From NCBI GenBank assembly GCA_963743525.1, contig CAVUQH010000003.1, forward strand, positions 96,001-160,000: a stretch of 64,000 bases of DNA, read 5' to 3'. The notes beneath the pieces were generated by a model. That model searched no databases, was not told the origin of the DNA, and saw only the letters and a list, made by a program, of their open reading frames with translations. Numbering within the stretch: the stretch's first letter is position 1; each line of letters opens with the position of its first letter. The stretch is from an uncultured delta proteobacterium. GTDB lineage: Bacteria; Myxococcota_A; Polyangia; Haliangiales; Haliangiaceae. The translations under genes were made by a program, and so were the position numbers. Below, one piece after another: positions 12,282 to 23,510 of this stretch.

Positions 12282-14228
12282 TCAGCCGCGGCGTTTGCGG
12301 ATGTCGCCAACGCGGAGGGTCAGCTTGATCTCGTCGAAATGCTCGGCGAGGGGGATGCTGTATTTGCGGGTCGCGTTGGTGAGGGCTTTCCACTCGGCCG
12401 GCGTGATCTGGCCGTGGGCGTCGAGGTGGGCTTCGAGGGCGGCGCGCAGCTTTGCGATGGTGTCGGCGGCGACGTAGTAGTCGGACTTGACGCGGACCAG
12501 GCGGCCGGCCGACAGCAGGCGATCGAGGGCGGCGCGGACGCGGGCCTCGGGCAGGCCGAGGGCTGACGGCAGCTCTTTCAGCTTCGGCGCTTCTACGGCC
12601 CACTCCTGGTAGCGGGCGAGCACCTGTTCTTCGGTTTCGCCCAGCGCTCCGCCGCGGTCGGCGCGCGGGTCGATGACCAGGTCGCCGTCAACGCGGGCGG
12701 CGCCGCGGTCGGTGAGGGCCGTCAGGATCTGATCGTAGATGCGCGGCGGCACCGAGCGAGGCAGGCGGCCGCGCAGCTCTTCGCGCGGGATGCCCGGCTT
12801 GTGCGGGTTGTCTCTGCGGAAGCCGGCCAGGGCGTCGGTGGCCTGTTTCTCCAGGCGGGCGAACGGCTCGGCGTGCATGTACAGGGCGCCGTCGCCGCTG
12901 CCCGTGCCGATGATTTCGCGGGCCTCGACCAGGTGGCCGAGGCGGGTCTCGAGCTCGGCAGGCGGCAGGCCCAGGCGGCGGCCGAGCTCGGCCTGCTCGA
13001 TGCCCGCGACCCTGGCGCCGGCGATCTCCAGCGCGACGCGCTCGTCGCCGGCAGCGTCGGCGATTCTCTCGATGGCGCCGGCGGCCTCGGCCGAGGCGCG
13101 GCGGACCTTGGGCGCCTGTACGCGCAGGATCTCGCCGCCGCCCAGGGTGGTGCCGTAATGCTCCTGGACGACGAAGCCGCGGGCGATGAAGCGGTCGCCG
13201 GGCAGGGCCGCCAGAGGCGTGGTGGCGTCGAGGCGCAGCTGCACCAGCGCTTCGTTGCCGGGCAAGAGCTCGTCGCGGTCGGCCAGGACCAGGGTCGCCA
13301 TCACCTGCGTGGTCGCGTGGTGGAGCAGCACGCGACTGCGCCGACCCAACGGCGCGCGCGAGGTCGACAGGTAGCGGAAGCGGGCGTCGATGATGTGCGA
13401 CGGCGCGATGGCCTCGGGGTGGGCCAACATCTCGCCGCGGGCGACGTCGGTGGTGCCGACGCCCGACAGGTTGATCGCCGCGCGCATGCCGGCGCGCGCC
13501 TCGTCGCTGGCTTCGCCGTGGACCTCGATGCCGCGCACCTTGGCCGCGGTCTCGCGCGGGTGGGCCACCACGGTGTCGCCCACGCGCACGGTGCCGCCGA
13601 GCACGGTGCCGGTGACCACGGTGCCGAAGCCGCGAATGGTGAAGACGCGATCGATCGGCAGGCGGAACGGTCCGTCAGCGTCGCGCGCCGGCAGCTCGGT
13701 GGTCAAGCGCACCAGCTCGGCGCGCAGGGCGTCGAGCCCGGCGCCGGTCCTGGCCGACACCGGGATCAGCGCGGCGTCGGCGAGGAAGGTCCCCTGCAGA
13801 TGGGCGCGCACGTCGGCCTGGACCATCTCCAGCCAGTCGTCGTCGACCAGGTCGCTCTTGGTCAGGGCGACGACGCCCCGGCGCACTCCGAGGAGCTCGC
13901 AGATGTCGAGGTGCTCCTGCGTCTGCGGCATCACTCCTTCGTCGCAGGCGATGACCAGGCAGACCAGATCCAGGCCGCCGGCGCCGGCGACCATCGCCTT
14001 GATGAACCGCTCGTGGCCGGGCACGTCGACCAGGCCGAATCGCCGGCCCTCGAGATCGAGGTGGGCGAAGCCGAGCTCGGTGGTGATGCCGCGCTCCTTT
14101 TCGACCTTCAGTCGATCGGTGTCGATGCCGGTGAGCGCGCGCACCAGCGCGGTCTTGCCGTGGTCGATGTGACCGGCGGTGCCGAGGACGATCGGGTGAG
14201 TCTGTACGGTGGTTGCTTCAGCGGACAT
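12282..14228 (-). CDS. selB: Selenocysteine-specific translation elongation factor
   Basis: GTAGHIDHGKT, ERGITTELGF, DVPGHERF, C-terminal winged helix TRKYSIPLAEHFD. Confidence 0.96.
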   Translation of the reverse strand: MSAEATTVQTHPIVLGTAGHIDHGKTALVRALTGIDTDRLKVEKERGITTELGFAHLDLEGRRFGLVDVPGHERFIKAMVAGAGGLDLVCLVIACDEGVMPQTQEHLDICELLGVRRGVVALTKSDLVDDDWLEMVQADVRAHLQGTFLADAALIPVSARTGAGLDALRAELVRLTTELPARDADGPFRLPIDRVFTIRGFGTVVTGTVLGGTVRVGDTVVAHPRETAAKVRGIEVHGEASDEARAGMRAAINLSGVGTTDVARGEMLAHPEAIAPSHIIDARFRYLSTSRAPLGRRSRVLLHHATTQVMATLVLADRDELLPGNEALVQLRLDATTPLAALPGDRFIARGFVVQEHYGTTLGGGEILRVQAPKVRRASAEAAGAIERIADAAGDERVALEIAGARVAGIEQAELGRRLGLPPAELETRLGHLVEAREIIGTGSGDGALYMHAEPFARLEKQATDALAGFRRDNPHKPGIPREELRGRLPRSVPPRIYDQILTALTDRGAARVDGDLVIDPRADRGGALGETEEQVLARYQEWAVEAPKLKELPSALGLPEARVRAALDRLLSAGRLVRVKSDYYVAADTIAKLRAALEAHLDAHGQITPAEWKALTNATRKYSIPLAEHFDEIKLTLRVGDIRKRRG

Positions 14229-15990
14229 CGAGGATGAAGACGCTCTCCAGGGTGTCGGCGCCGAACTGGGTGTGCAGCGACGCGCTGCGCAGCCGACTGG
14301 CGATCGGCACGAGCGCTGCGGCCCAGCCGGCGGTGGGAGCGAGTTGTTGGATCAGGTGATCGGGTCGCAGGTATACCTCGGCAACCAGGCGGTCAACGGA
14401 TCGCTTGCGCAGCAACCGGTGGGCCACTCGCCAGGCCAGCGACCGCGGCTGGAAGGCGATGCCGAAGACGTCGTGGCCGGCGATCGGCAGGTGGTACGGC
14501 CGCATCGGACCGGTGCCCCAGGTATCGACCTTCTGGCCGCTCTTGGTCACCACCTTCTTGGCGCCCCAGACCGTGGCGAAGTAGCGGGCCGGAAAGGCGG
14601 CGACGTCGGGCGACACCGACATCTCGACGAAGCCGCGCAGGTGGCCCATGCCTCCGCCGACGGCGCGGAAGGCGAAGGCGGTGTTGCGCGCGCCGGTGAC
14701 CAGCTTGGCCGCCTCCGGGGCGATATGCGCCACTTCATCGAGAACCATTCCCATCGCTTGCGGCCAGCCGAACAGCGCCAGCGCGGTCCACGCCGACGAT
14801 GTGCAGTTGAGCATGGTCCAGCGCAGCTCCTGTCGCTCGAGCTCGAGCACGTGGGGCCGCGGCAGTGCGCGCAGCGGCGCCAGGCTGGCGAGGAACAGCT
14901 CGCCGGCGACCACCGCGCCGGCGTTGGTCATATCCTTGGCGTCGATCAGTTGATCGTCGGCGACGAGCATCGCCCGCGCCAGCTTGAACGCGCCGCGCAG
15001 CCCGTAGACCAGGTCGGTGTGGATGCTGGCGCTGACCGACGAACCGGACTTCTGCCGAATGTCGACCGATGCGGCGATGTCGGCGAACGGCCCGGCGGTG
15101 ACGATGTCGCGGAACCCGCTGCAGACCTTGTCCTCGTTGACCGGATCCGGGCCGCCGACCCGCGCGGCCAACTCGTGTTGCAGCCGGCGTTGCAGATCGT
15201 AGAGGCCGGTCGCATCGGCCCACACCACGGTACCGGGTCCGGTCAGCCGCGCCGCGGCGCCGTGTTTGGCGCGCTGGCGAACGGCGTTGGGTACGCGCGC
15301 GAGTCGGGCCAGCACGATGGCACCGTCGCGCGGCCACGACAGCGCGTTGCCGCCGGTCGGAGTCAGGAGATCGATCACCAGCGCGTCACCCATGCGGTGG
15401 ATGGCGACCAGCGTGCCGATGGCGGGAAGCTGGCCGACCGCCTGGACGCCGGCCTTGCGCAGGGTCGCGACCACCGCGGTGCCGCTGCCGGCCGGCGCCC
15501 CGACGGCGCTGGCGACCGCGGCCGCCTTGCCCGGAGCGACCGCGGTCAGGCCCGGAATCACGCCGGCAAGCCGGGTCACGGTGGCGTCGAGCTTGCCGAC
15601 GTCGTCCACCGCCATGACCACACGGGCGCGCCAGAATCGGGTACCCGGCGCCTTCTTGCGGTCGATCGCGCCGAAGCTGGCGACCACGGGCTGATCGGCG
15701 TCGACGCCGGCGCGATACCAGCCGGCGCGAACCAGCGGATCGAAGCCGATCAACGCCACCGCCGCAGCCGAGGTGACGAACACCGTGCGCGTGGCGCCCG
15801 GCGCCCCGGAGGTGCGGTACAGCTGCACCGCATGCTCCCAGGTCTCGAGGTCGACGCGGGCGACCACCGGCGCGTCACCGTCGAGGTAGTCCAGGAGGTC
15901 GCGCGGCGCGGCCGCTGCCGGTCGAGCGCCGGTCGCCAGCGCCAGGGCCGCGGCCAGCATCGCGACCGAGACCGAGCGGCGGCCGATCAC
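14218..15990 (-). CDS. Hypothetical exported protein
   Basis: GTG overlapping upstream stop, signal peptide, typical codon usage; no family recognised. Confidence 0.7.
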   Translation of the reverse strand: MIGRRSVSVAMLAAALALATGARPAAAAPRDLLDYLDGDAPVVARVDLETWEHAVQLYRTSGAPGATRTVFVTSAAAVALIGFDPLVRAGWYRAGVDADQPVVASFGAIDRKKAPGTRFWRARVVMAVDDVGKLDATVTRLAGVIPGLTAVAPGKAAAVASAVGAPAGSGTAVVATLRKAGVQAVGQLPAIGTLVAIHRMGDALVIDLLTPTGGNALSWPRDGAIVLARLARVPNAVRQRAKHGAAARLTGPGTVVWADATGLYDLQRRLQHELAARVGGPDPVNEDKVCSGFRDIVTAGPFADIAASVDIRQKSGSSVSASIHTDLVYGLRGAFKLARAMLVADDQLIDAKDMTNAGAVVAGELFLASLAPLRALPRPHVLELERQELRWTMLNCTSSAWTALALFGWPQAMGMVLDEVAHIAPEAAKLVTGARNTAFAFRAVGGGMGHLRGFVEMSVSPDVAAFPARYFATVWGAKKVVTKSGQKVDTWGTGPMRPYHLPIAGHDVFGIAFQPRSLAWRVAHRLLRKRSVDRLVAEVYLRPDHLIQQLAPTAGWAAALVPIASRLRSASLHTQFGADTLESVFILDVR

Positions 15991-17672
15991 CGGTTGTTCT
16001 CTCGCTCCCGAAGCTCGCGCTTGAGCACCTTGCCGGTCGGGTTGTGCGGCAAGGCGTCGAGGAACTCGACCGCGCGCGGCTGCTTGTAGTCGGCCAGCCC
16101 GGCGCGGCAGTGTCCGATCACCTCGTCGGCAGACAAATGCGCGCCCGCCCGCGTGACCACGAACGCCTTGAGCGACTCGCCCCACTCGCTGTCGGGCACG
16201 CCGATCACCGCGGCCTCGATGATGTCCGGGTGGGTGTGCAGGTGGTCTTCGATCTCGCGCGGGTAGATGTTGACCCCGCCGGAGATGACCATGTCGTGCT
16301 TGCGCGACTCGAGGTAGTAGAAGCCGTCGCCGTCGGCCCGCGCCAGGTCACCGACGGAGAAGAAGCCGTCGCGCTGGGCGTCGTCGGTGGCCTCGTCGTT
16401 CTTGTGGTAGCCGGTGATCAGCATGCTGTTGCGCACGTAGATCTCGCCGACCTCGCCCGGCGAGACGTCGTTGCCGGCGTCGTCGAGCAGGCGCACCTCG
16501 TTGCCGCGCAGCGTTCGGCCGACAGTGCCCGGGTGTCCGGCGTGATCGTCGGGACCGGCCAGGGTGACCATGCCGGTCTCGGTGGCGCCGTAGAAGTTCC
16601 ACAGGATGAAGCCGAACTGCTCCTGGAAGCGGCGCGCGGTCTCGGTCGCCAGCGGCGCGGCGCCGCTGCAGATCCAGCGCAGCGACGAGGTGTCGTAGCG
16701 GCGGCGCACCGACTCGTCCAGCGCGGTCAGCCGCACCAGCATGGTCGGCACCATGAACGCGCTGGTCACCCGCTCGCGCTGAATGGTCGCCAGGATCTGC
16801 TCGGGATCGAAGTGGTCGCAGACGACCACCGTCGCGCCGAGCGTCATCATCATGCCGGCGAACGCCGGTGCGGCGCTGTGGTAGAGCGGGCAGATCACCA
16901 GGTGGACATCGTCGTGGCGCATGCCCATGGTGGCCATGAAGTCGGCCACCGCCTCGAGCCCGACCTGGCGGAAGTCGCGGTTGGCGCCCTTCGGTTTGCC
17001 GGTGGTGCCCGAGGTGTAGATGATGACGCCGCCGCCGCGGCTGCCGACCCGCGGCGCGGTGGTGCCGTCTCGTGCGGCCAGCGCCTGCTCCCATCGCTGG
17101 CCGTGGATCCGATCCTTGTCGCTGGCGCCGGTGACGATCACCGCGTCATCGCCGGGCAGCCCCGCGCGCCGGCGGGCGTCGTCCATCTGCGCCAGGTAGT
17201 CCCGGTGGACGATCGCCACCTGCGGCTCGGAGTTCTCGAGGATGTAGGCGATCTCCGGTCCCTTGAGCCGATAGCCGATCTGCACCGCGGTGGCGCCGAT
17301 GCGCGCCATCGCCTGCTGCGCGACCAGGTACTCGATCGAGTTGGGCAGCATCAGCGCCACTCGATCGCCGGGGCCGACGCCCAGCTCGATCAGCGCGTGG
17401 GAAAGCTGGTTGGTCCAGCGGTCGAGCTCGTCGTAGCGAACCCGCCGGGTGTCCTGCACCAGGGCGATCTTCTCCGGCTTGTTGGCCGCGTGCAGCATCA
17501 CCGCCGCGTGCGGGCCGGGGCGAATCCCCCGTGCCCGCCGGGCGAACGTCGCGATGCCTCGCGGGCTGAGCGCCGCCAGCAATCCCGTCCGGTCGAGCAC
17601 GCTGGTGGCAAATCCGAGCCCATCCGCCACCTTCCCCAGCTTGAGGAACCGATCCCTGAACACGCCCATCAT
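15987..17672 (-). CDS. Acyl-CoA synthetase (AMP-binding family)
   Basis: YTSGTTGKPKG, YGATE, GDL, ISGGVNIYPREIE, NPTGKVLK. Confidence 0.95.
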   Translation of the reverse strand: MMGVFRDRFLKLGKVADGLGFATSVLDRTGLLAALSPRGIATFARRARGIRPGPHAAVMLHAANKPEKIALVQDTRRVRYDELDRWTNQLSHALIELGVGPGDRVALMLPNSIEYLVAQQAMARIGATAVQIGYRLKGPEIAYILENSEPQVAIVHRDYLAQMDDARRRAGLPGDDAVIVTGASDKDRIHGQRWEQALAARDGTTAPRVGSRGGGVIIYTSGTTGKPKGANRDFRQVGLEAVADFMATMGMRHDDVHLVICPLYHSAAPAFAGMMMTLGATVVVCDHFDPEQILATIQRERVTSAFMVPTMLVRLTALDESVRRRYDTSSLRWICSGAAPLATETARRFQEQFGFILWNFYGATETGMVTLAGPDDHAGHPGTVGRTLRGNEVRLLDDAGNDVSPGEVGEIYVRNSMLITGYHKNDEATDDAQRDGFFSVGDLARADGDGFYYLESRKHDMVISGGVNIYPREIEDHLHTHPDIIEAAVIGVPDSEWGESLKAFVVTRAGAHLSADEVIGHCRAGLADYKQPRAVEFLDALPHNPTGKVLKRELRERENNR

Positions 17673-17701
17673 GGGCGCAGCGTAGCAGGTTTGCCGGGCG
17701 C

Positions 17702-20700
17702 CTAGTGGCCTTGCAGGTTCATCAGCAGGCGCTTGACGTCCATCGCCTCGTCGCGGTCGGCGGGGTCGCGCCCCAGGTACTTTTCCCAGGCGCGAATGGC
17801 CGCACCGCGGTTGCCGCGCGCGCGCTGAACGTAGCCCAGCGACCGATACGCCTCGGTGATCCACGGCGCTTCCTGTCCCGGCATCTTGGGATGCGCCCAG
17901 CGGCTGGTCAGGGCCAGCGGACAATGGGTGACGTCGCCACCCTTCTCGCCGCTGCGCATCAGCTGCTCGTAGGTATTGGTCGCCGACTCCAGCGCGGCGG
18001 CCGCGTCGGAGCGGCTATCGATGTCCTTGGCCGCGACGCCGAGCAGGAACTCGACGAAGGCGTGGACGCCCTTCTTGGGCAGCCCCAGGCGCAGCGCCTG
18101 CTTGTAGGCGCGGATCGCGCGCTTCTGATCGCCGGTCCCCTGATAGACCTCGCCCTCGACGTAGTAGAGCCACGCGTTCTTGGGTTCCAGCTTGCGCGCG
18201 TCGTCGATGGCGTCGGTCACCTTGGTGATGTCGGCGCGGAAGTCGCGGCGCATCAGTCGGGCGCAGACGATGCCCAGCCGCGGCGACAGGAAGTCCTCCT
18301 TGACCTCGGCCTGCTTGAACGCCTTGATGGCGTCGTCCATGCGCGGCGGGTCGAGCGCCAGGTAGGCGCGGCCGAGCCCGTCGAAGAACTGCGGCTCGCC
18401 CGAGCCGGCGGTTGCCTGGCGGAAGAAGCGGACCGCGTCAACCGCCTTGCCCGCGCCCAGCATCGCCTCGCCCTTGAGGAACAGGCCGGCGGCGTTGTCC
18501 GGATTTTCGGCCAGAATCGAGTCGCCCATCGCCTTGGCCTTGTCGGCATTGCCGATGCGGGCGTAGAAGCGGCCGGCGCGGGCGCGGACGTTGATCGACG
18601 GGTTCTTGACGTTGAGCAGCTGGTCGTAGATCTGCCCGGCCTCGTCGTCGCGGCCCAGCTGTTCGTAGAACAGCGCCAGCTGGCGGCCGATGTCTTCGCG
18701 GTTGCCCTCGGCGAACGCCTTCTTCAGGCTGTCGATCGCCTCGTCGTACTCCTTCTTGTCGAACAGCGCCTGGCCCAGCTGGTACAGCGCCTCGACGTCG
18801 TTGGGGCGCGCGGCCAGGGCGGTGCGGAACCACTGCTCGGCGCGCTCGGTGTCGCCGGCGGCGCGGTAGGCCAGACCCAGGGTCACCGCCAGCGCCGGCT
18901 CGCTCTTGGCCCGGTCGGTGATCGGGTCGAGCAGATCCTTGGCTTCGCTGGCGTGCGCCGGGTCGCGAGCCAGCGCCTTGGCCAGCTCCACCGTCGGGCG
19001 GATGTCCTGATCCGGCGGCACCAGCTCGACCGCCTTGCGGTACTCGGCGATGGCGGCGCTCAGCTTGTCGTCGCCGCCCGCGGCGAGGATGTCGCCCTGG
19101 ACCACGTGCAGCCGGCCCAGCTCGTGCTCGTTGTCGAGGGGCGGATCGCGCTGGAGCAGCGGCGTGACCAGCGCCTGGGCCTCGTCCGGCTTGCCCTGCT
19201 TCACCGCCACTTCGGCCAGCGCCATGGTCGCGTCGATGTCGTTGGCATCGGCCTGCAGCACACCCTCGAGCTTGCGCCGCGAGTCGTCGAGTAGCCCCTG
19301 CGCCAGATCGGCGCGCGCCTCGCCGACGATCGCCGACAGGTTGTTCGCGTCCAGCGCCTTGGCTTGCTCGTAGCGGCGGCGCGCCTCGTCAACGCGGCCG
19401 GCGAGCAGCGCCTGGTTGCCGGCCAGCGACCACGCCAGCGACACCGCGCGCGGGTCGCCCTGGTCCTTCTGCGGATGGTTGGTGATCTCGAGGTACAGGT
19501 TCTCGCGGTCGGCAAAGCGCTTGACGTCGGCCAGCTGATACGAGCCGACCAGACCGCCGAAGTGATCGACGTGTCCGGGCAGGTCGGTGTACGACTCGTC
19601 GCGCTTGCGCAGGGAGTCGTAGGCCTTGCGCGCCTCGACGTTGTTGCCGAGCGCCTGCTCGGCGCGTCCCAGCCCGTACAGCGCGGGGATGCGGTTGGGC
19701 GACTTGCCCAGCGCGCGCTTGAACGACGGCCAGCGCGTTCTTGTGATCGTGCAGCGCCTGATAGGCCCAGCCCTGGTAGAGCGGGATGTTGGGGTCCGAC
19801 GGCTGTTTGCTCAGCGCCTGCCCGAGCGGCGCGAGAGCGCCCTTGGGCGTGCCCTCGAAGATCGCGCGCAGCGCCTCGGCCTTGTTGCACTCGGGGCCCG
19901 ACGCAGCGGCGTCGTTGATCCGCGCGATGTACGAGCGTCCGGCGTCGCGCCGCTTCTGCAGCTCGGTGCCCTCGTCGAGGTAGCCGGCGTACGCCGCCTG
20001 GGCGGCGATGCCCAGCGCGTCGGCCTGCTTGCTCTCCACCGCCAGTGCCTTGTTGGCCTCGTCGAGCGCGGCGTCCCAGTGGCGCGGCTTGTCGCTGATC
20101 AGGAAGCGTCGCGCAGCGGTCAGGTGCTGCGCGACCTCGGCGTCGCGGGCCTTGGCCGCCTGGTGGCGACTCCACAGCAGCCAGCCGCCGGCGCCGAGCC
20201 CGCCGACCAGGACCACCGCGGCCAGCGCGATGAGCGGCTTCTTGCTGCGCGGCTTGGCCTCTTGTTCGGCCTTGGCCTTGGCTTTCTCCAGCTGCCTGGC
20301 CTCGCCGGCGACGCGCGCCGTCTGCTCGGCCACCACCTCTTCGTCCAGATCGAGGAGCTGGTCCTGCTCCGGGCGCGGCGCGAAGTCGTTGGCCGGCGCC
20401 GACGGTTGAGCCAGCGACAGCGTCTCTTCCTGGCCGGGCAGATCGACGTTGCCGAAGCCGCTGGCGCCGAGATCCAGAGGCGGTGCGTCGCCGGGATCGC
20501 TGAGGTCGAGGGGCGGTGCCGACGACGACTGCGGCGGCGCCAGATCGAGGTCGTCCAGGTCCAGGGCGCCGCTGTCGCCGCCACCGATGTCGTCGAAGAA
20601 GCCGCGCGCCGCGTCGGCCGGCCCGGCCGCCGCAGCCGGCGCGTGGCGCGGAGTCGAACCGCCGCCGACCGGCGCCAGCGGTTCGGCCAGATCGATGCTG

Positions 20701-22047
20701 TCGAACTGCGCTGCGTCGAGCTGCGGTGCATCGAGCTCGAGGTCGTGCTGTTGCTTCGGCGCGGGGATGTCGTCGAAGAAACCCTTGGGCGCCGGCAAGT
20801 TGCCGGAGCCGCGGGACGAGCCAGGCGCGACCGGCGCGGGGACGTCGTCGAAGAATCCTTTGGGCGCGGGCAGGTTGCCGGTTGCCCCCGGCGCACCGGC
20901 ATCGGACGGCGCGGGGATGTCGTCGAAGAAACCCTTGGGCGCCGGCAAGTCGGCCTTGCGCGAGGTCGGCCCGACGGGCGTGGGCAGGTCGGCGTTGCGC
21001 GAGGTCGGTCCGACGGGCGTGAGCATGTCGGCGTTGCGCGAGGTCGGTCCGACGGGCGTGAGCATGTCGGCGTTGCGCGAGGTCGGCCCGACGGGCGTGA
21101 GCATGTCGGCGTTGCGCGAGGTTGGTCCGACGGGCGCGGCAGGTCGGCGTTGCGCGAGGTCGGCCCGACGGGCGCGGCAGGTCGGCGTTGCGCGAGGTCG
21201 GTCCGACGGGCGCCGGCAGGTCGGCGTTGCGCGAGGTCGGCCCGACGGGCGCCGGCAGGTCGGCGTTGCGCGAGGTCGGCCCGACGGGCGCGGGCAAGTC
21301 GTCGAAGCCGCCGGGCAGATCGATGGCATCCATGCTCGGCGCGCCGACGGGCGCGGGCAGGTCCTCGATGCCGGTCGAGCGGCGGCCGCTGACCGGTGCC
21401 GGCAGGTCGTCGAAGAAGCCGTCGCCGCCGCCGCTGGCCGGCGCGGGCAGGTCGTCGAAGAAGCCGTCGCCGCCCCCGCCCCTGGCACCGCTGACGGGCA
21501 CGGGCAGATCCTCGATGCCGGTCGAGCGGCGGCCGCTGACCGGTGCGGGCAGGTCCTCGATGCCGGTCGAGCGGCGGCCGCTGACCGGTGCCGGCAGGTC
21601 GTCGAAGAAGCCGTCGGCATCGGCCAGTGGGCTCGCCGGCTCGGGCGCTTTGTCCACCGTCGAGGCACCGGCGAGCGGCGACGGTCGAGCCGGCTGCTCG
21701 ACGTCACCGAGGGCGCTGCCGCCGAGGAACGAGTCGTCGAGCTCGAGCGAATCGGCCAGGCTGTCGCCGTCGTTGTCGAAGGCGGCCAGCGCCGGACCGG
21801 TGGCCAGCGACGGCTCGTCCGCCGGCGTCTCCGCCGCCGGCTTGGGCGTCGCCGGACGCTTGACCGGAATGGGCGGCGGCTTGCCTTTGCCCATGCCGAC
21901 GCCAAACCCCATCGACCGCGCACCCGGCGGCATCACCGTCACCGGCTTGCCGCACGAGGTGCACTTCATGATCTTCCCGCTCGGCGGTACCAGCGTTTCC
22001 GGAACCCGGTGCTCGGTGCCGCACGCCTCGCAGGTCGCGCTCACCAT
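17702..22047 (-). CDS. Large zinc-ribbon / low-complexity / TM / TPR protein (reconstructed across three apparent frameshifts)
   Basis: MVSATCEACG..KCTSCG zinc ribbon, acidic Pro-rich repeats, TM (LIALAAVVLVGGLGAGGW), many TPRs; frame changes near 21178, 21140 and 19728. Confidence 0.8.
20949..21297 (-). repeat. 39-bp coding tandem repeat x9 (DLPAPVGPTSRNA)
   Basis: GTCGGCGTTGCGCGAGGTCGGYCCGACGGGCG units; two units are 38 bp long. Confidence 0.93.
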
Positions 22048-22151
22048 CGTCGGCAGTGTACCTCTGCACCGACTTTGCCGCGAGCCCGGCGGCCGCCGGC
22101 GTGGCAAATGCGCCGCCGATTCGCCCGTCGATCAGTCGATGAGCGCCGCCG

Positions 22152-22805
22152 TCAGAACGGGTTGACCACGTCGCCGCCGCGGTCGGGGCGCGGCCGCGGG
22201 CGCCGCCGCGTGCCGTTGCCCGGGCCGTCGAACGGGTTCTTCACCGCGCCTGGCGCTCTCCTGCCACCGCGCCCGCGCTTGCCGCCGCGCTTCATCGCCG
22301 CGCGGATCTGCCGCTCGATGGCCCGGTCGATCTGCGGCAGCACGACCAGGATCGTGGCCGCCTGTCGGGGCGAGAGCACCTTGCGAACCGCCTGGAACCG
22401 CTCGCCCTGGAGCTTCCACATCGCCGTCTGTTGGGCCACCACCTGGTCGATCAGGGCCGACATCTGCGCGTCGGTCGCACCCTTCTTCACCGCCTGGCGC
22501 AGCTGCCGGCGCAGCGCGCGGCCCTGGCGGGCAGCCTTGACCATCTGGTCGTCGAAGCGGGACAGGATGGGGAACAGCTTGGCCGCCGTCGCCTCGTCGA
22601 GCTTCAGCGCCTCGGTCAGCCGCCAGGCGCGGAGTGCGCGGATGCGCTGGCGCAGCCGGGCGCGCTTGGCCTCGACGCGTGGTCGGGCGTTGGCCGCCGG
22701 CGCCGCGGCGGGTTGGGCGGCCGGCTGGGCGGCCGCCGGGGTCGAGCGGGCGCCGCAGGCGAGCAGCGCGACGGTGAGCGAGAGCGGGAGCAGGCTGGTG
22801 CGCAT
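22152..22805 (-). CDS. Periplasmic helical protein, Spy/CpxP-like
   Basis: Signal peptide (possible lipobox LLAC), helical body with LSPRQ (LTxxQ-like) motif; follows ECF and anti-sigma. Confidence 0.6.
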   Translation of the reverse strand: MRTSLLPLSLTVALLACGARSTPAAAQPAAQPAAAPAANARPRVEAKRARLRQRIRALRAWRLTEALKLDEATAAKLFPILSRFDDQMVKAARQGRALRRQLRQAVKKGATDAQMSALIDQVVAQQTAMWKLQGERFQAVRKVLSPRQAATILVVLPQIDRAIERQIRAAMKRGGKRGRGGRRAPGAVKNPFDGPGNGTRRRPRPRPDRGGDVVNPF

Positions 22806-22817
22806 GGGTCCTCCGGG

Positions 22818-23510
22818 TCAGCCGGGCTGGGTGGCGAGGTAGGCGCTGGCGGCGTCGATCTGGCTCTCGTCCAGGTCGTCGACCCAGCTGGCGTAGGCGT
22901 CGTCGCCGAACAGGCCGACGGCGGTGTCGTCGCTGCCGGTGCCGTCGCCGCTGCTGTCGCCGGACAGGTCGGGGGCATCGGCGTCGAGCGCGGCCAGCAC
23001 CGCGTCGAGCTGACTGTCGTCGAGCCCGGCGACCTCCGGCAGCTCGTCGGCGATCGCCGGCTGCTCCTCGGGGAGCACGTCGGGCGCCGGCGCCACGGTG
23101 TCGCCGGCCGGCGGGTTGCTGGCCGCGATCAGCGGCTGCGACTGCGGCGTGGCGCTCTGCCGCCGCGTCCAGATCAGGGCGATGGTCGCGGCCGCGGCGA
23201 CGGCCAGAATCGGCGCCGCCACCCGCGGGCGAAGCAGCCGCGCCAGCCACGAGCCCCGCGGCCGCGGGGCGGGCAACGGCTCGCAGGCGGCGCGAATCGC
23301 CCGAGCCATCTCGTCCCACGCCGGCTCGGCGGCCGGCCGCGGTTGGGTGGCGCGCACGGCGTTGATGGTCTGGCGCAGGGCGTCGACCTCGGCGGCCGCG
23401 TCGCCGTCGCCGTCGGTGCGCGCGTCCAGGCGCGCGGTGTCGCGGGGATCGAGGCCGCCGTCGGCGTACGCGGCCAGCAGCTCGTCGTCGGTCGGGCGCG
23501 GATCGCTCAT
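22818..23510 (-). CDS. Anti-sigma factor
   Basis: DDELLAAYADGGL N-terminus, single TM, acidic periplasmic part; overlaps ECF stop. Confidence 0.8.
   Translation of the reverse strand: MSDPRPTDDELLAAYADGGLDPRDTARLDARTDGDGDAAAEVDALRQTINAVRATQPRPAAEPAWDEMARAIRAACEPLPAPRPRGSWLARLLRPRVAAPILAVAAAATIALIWTRRQSATPQSQPLIAASNPPAGDTVAPAPDVLPEEQPAIADELPEVAGLDDSQLDAVLAALDADAPDLSGDSSGDGTGSDDTAVGLFGDDAYASWVDDLDESQIDAASAYLATQPG

Noticed and set aside
20949..21297. CRISPR-like 39-bp periodicity
   Set aside because: In-frame coding repeat with synonymous-type variation and no unique spacers
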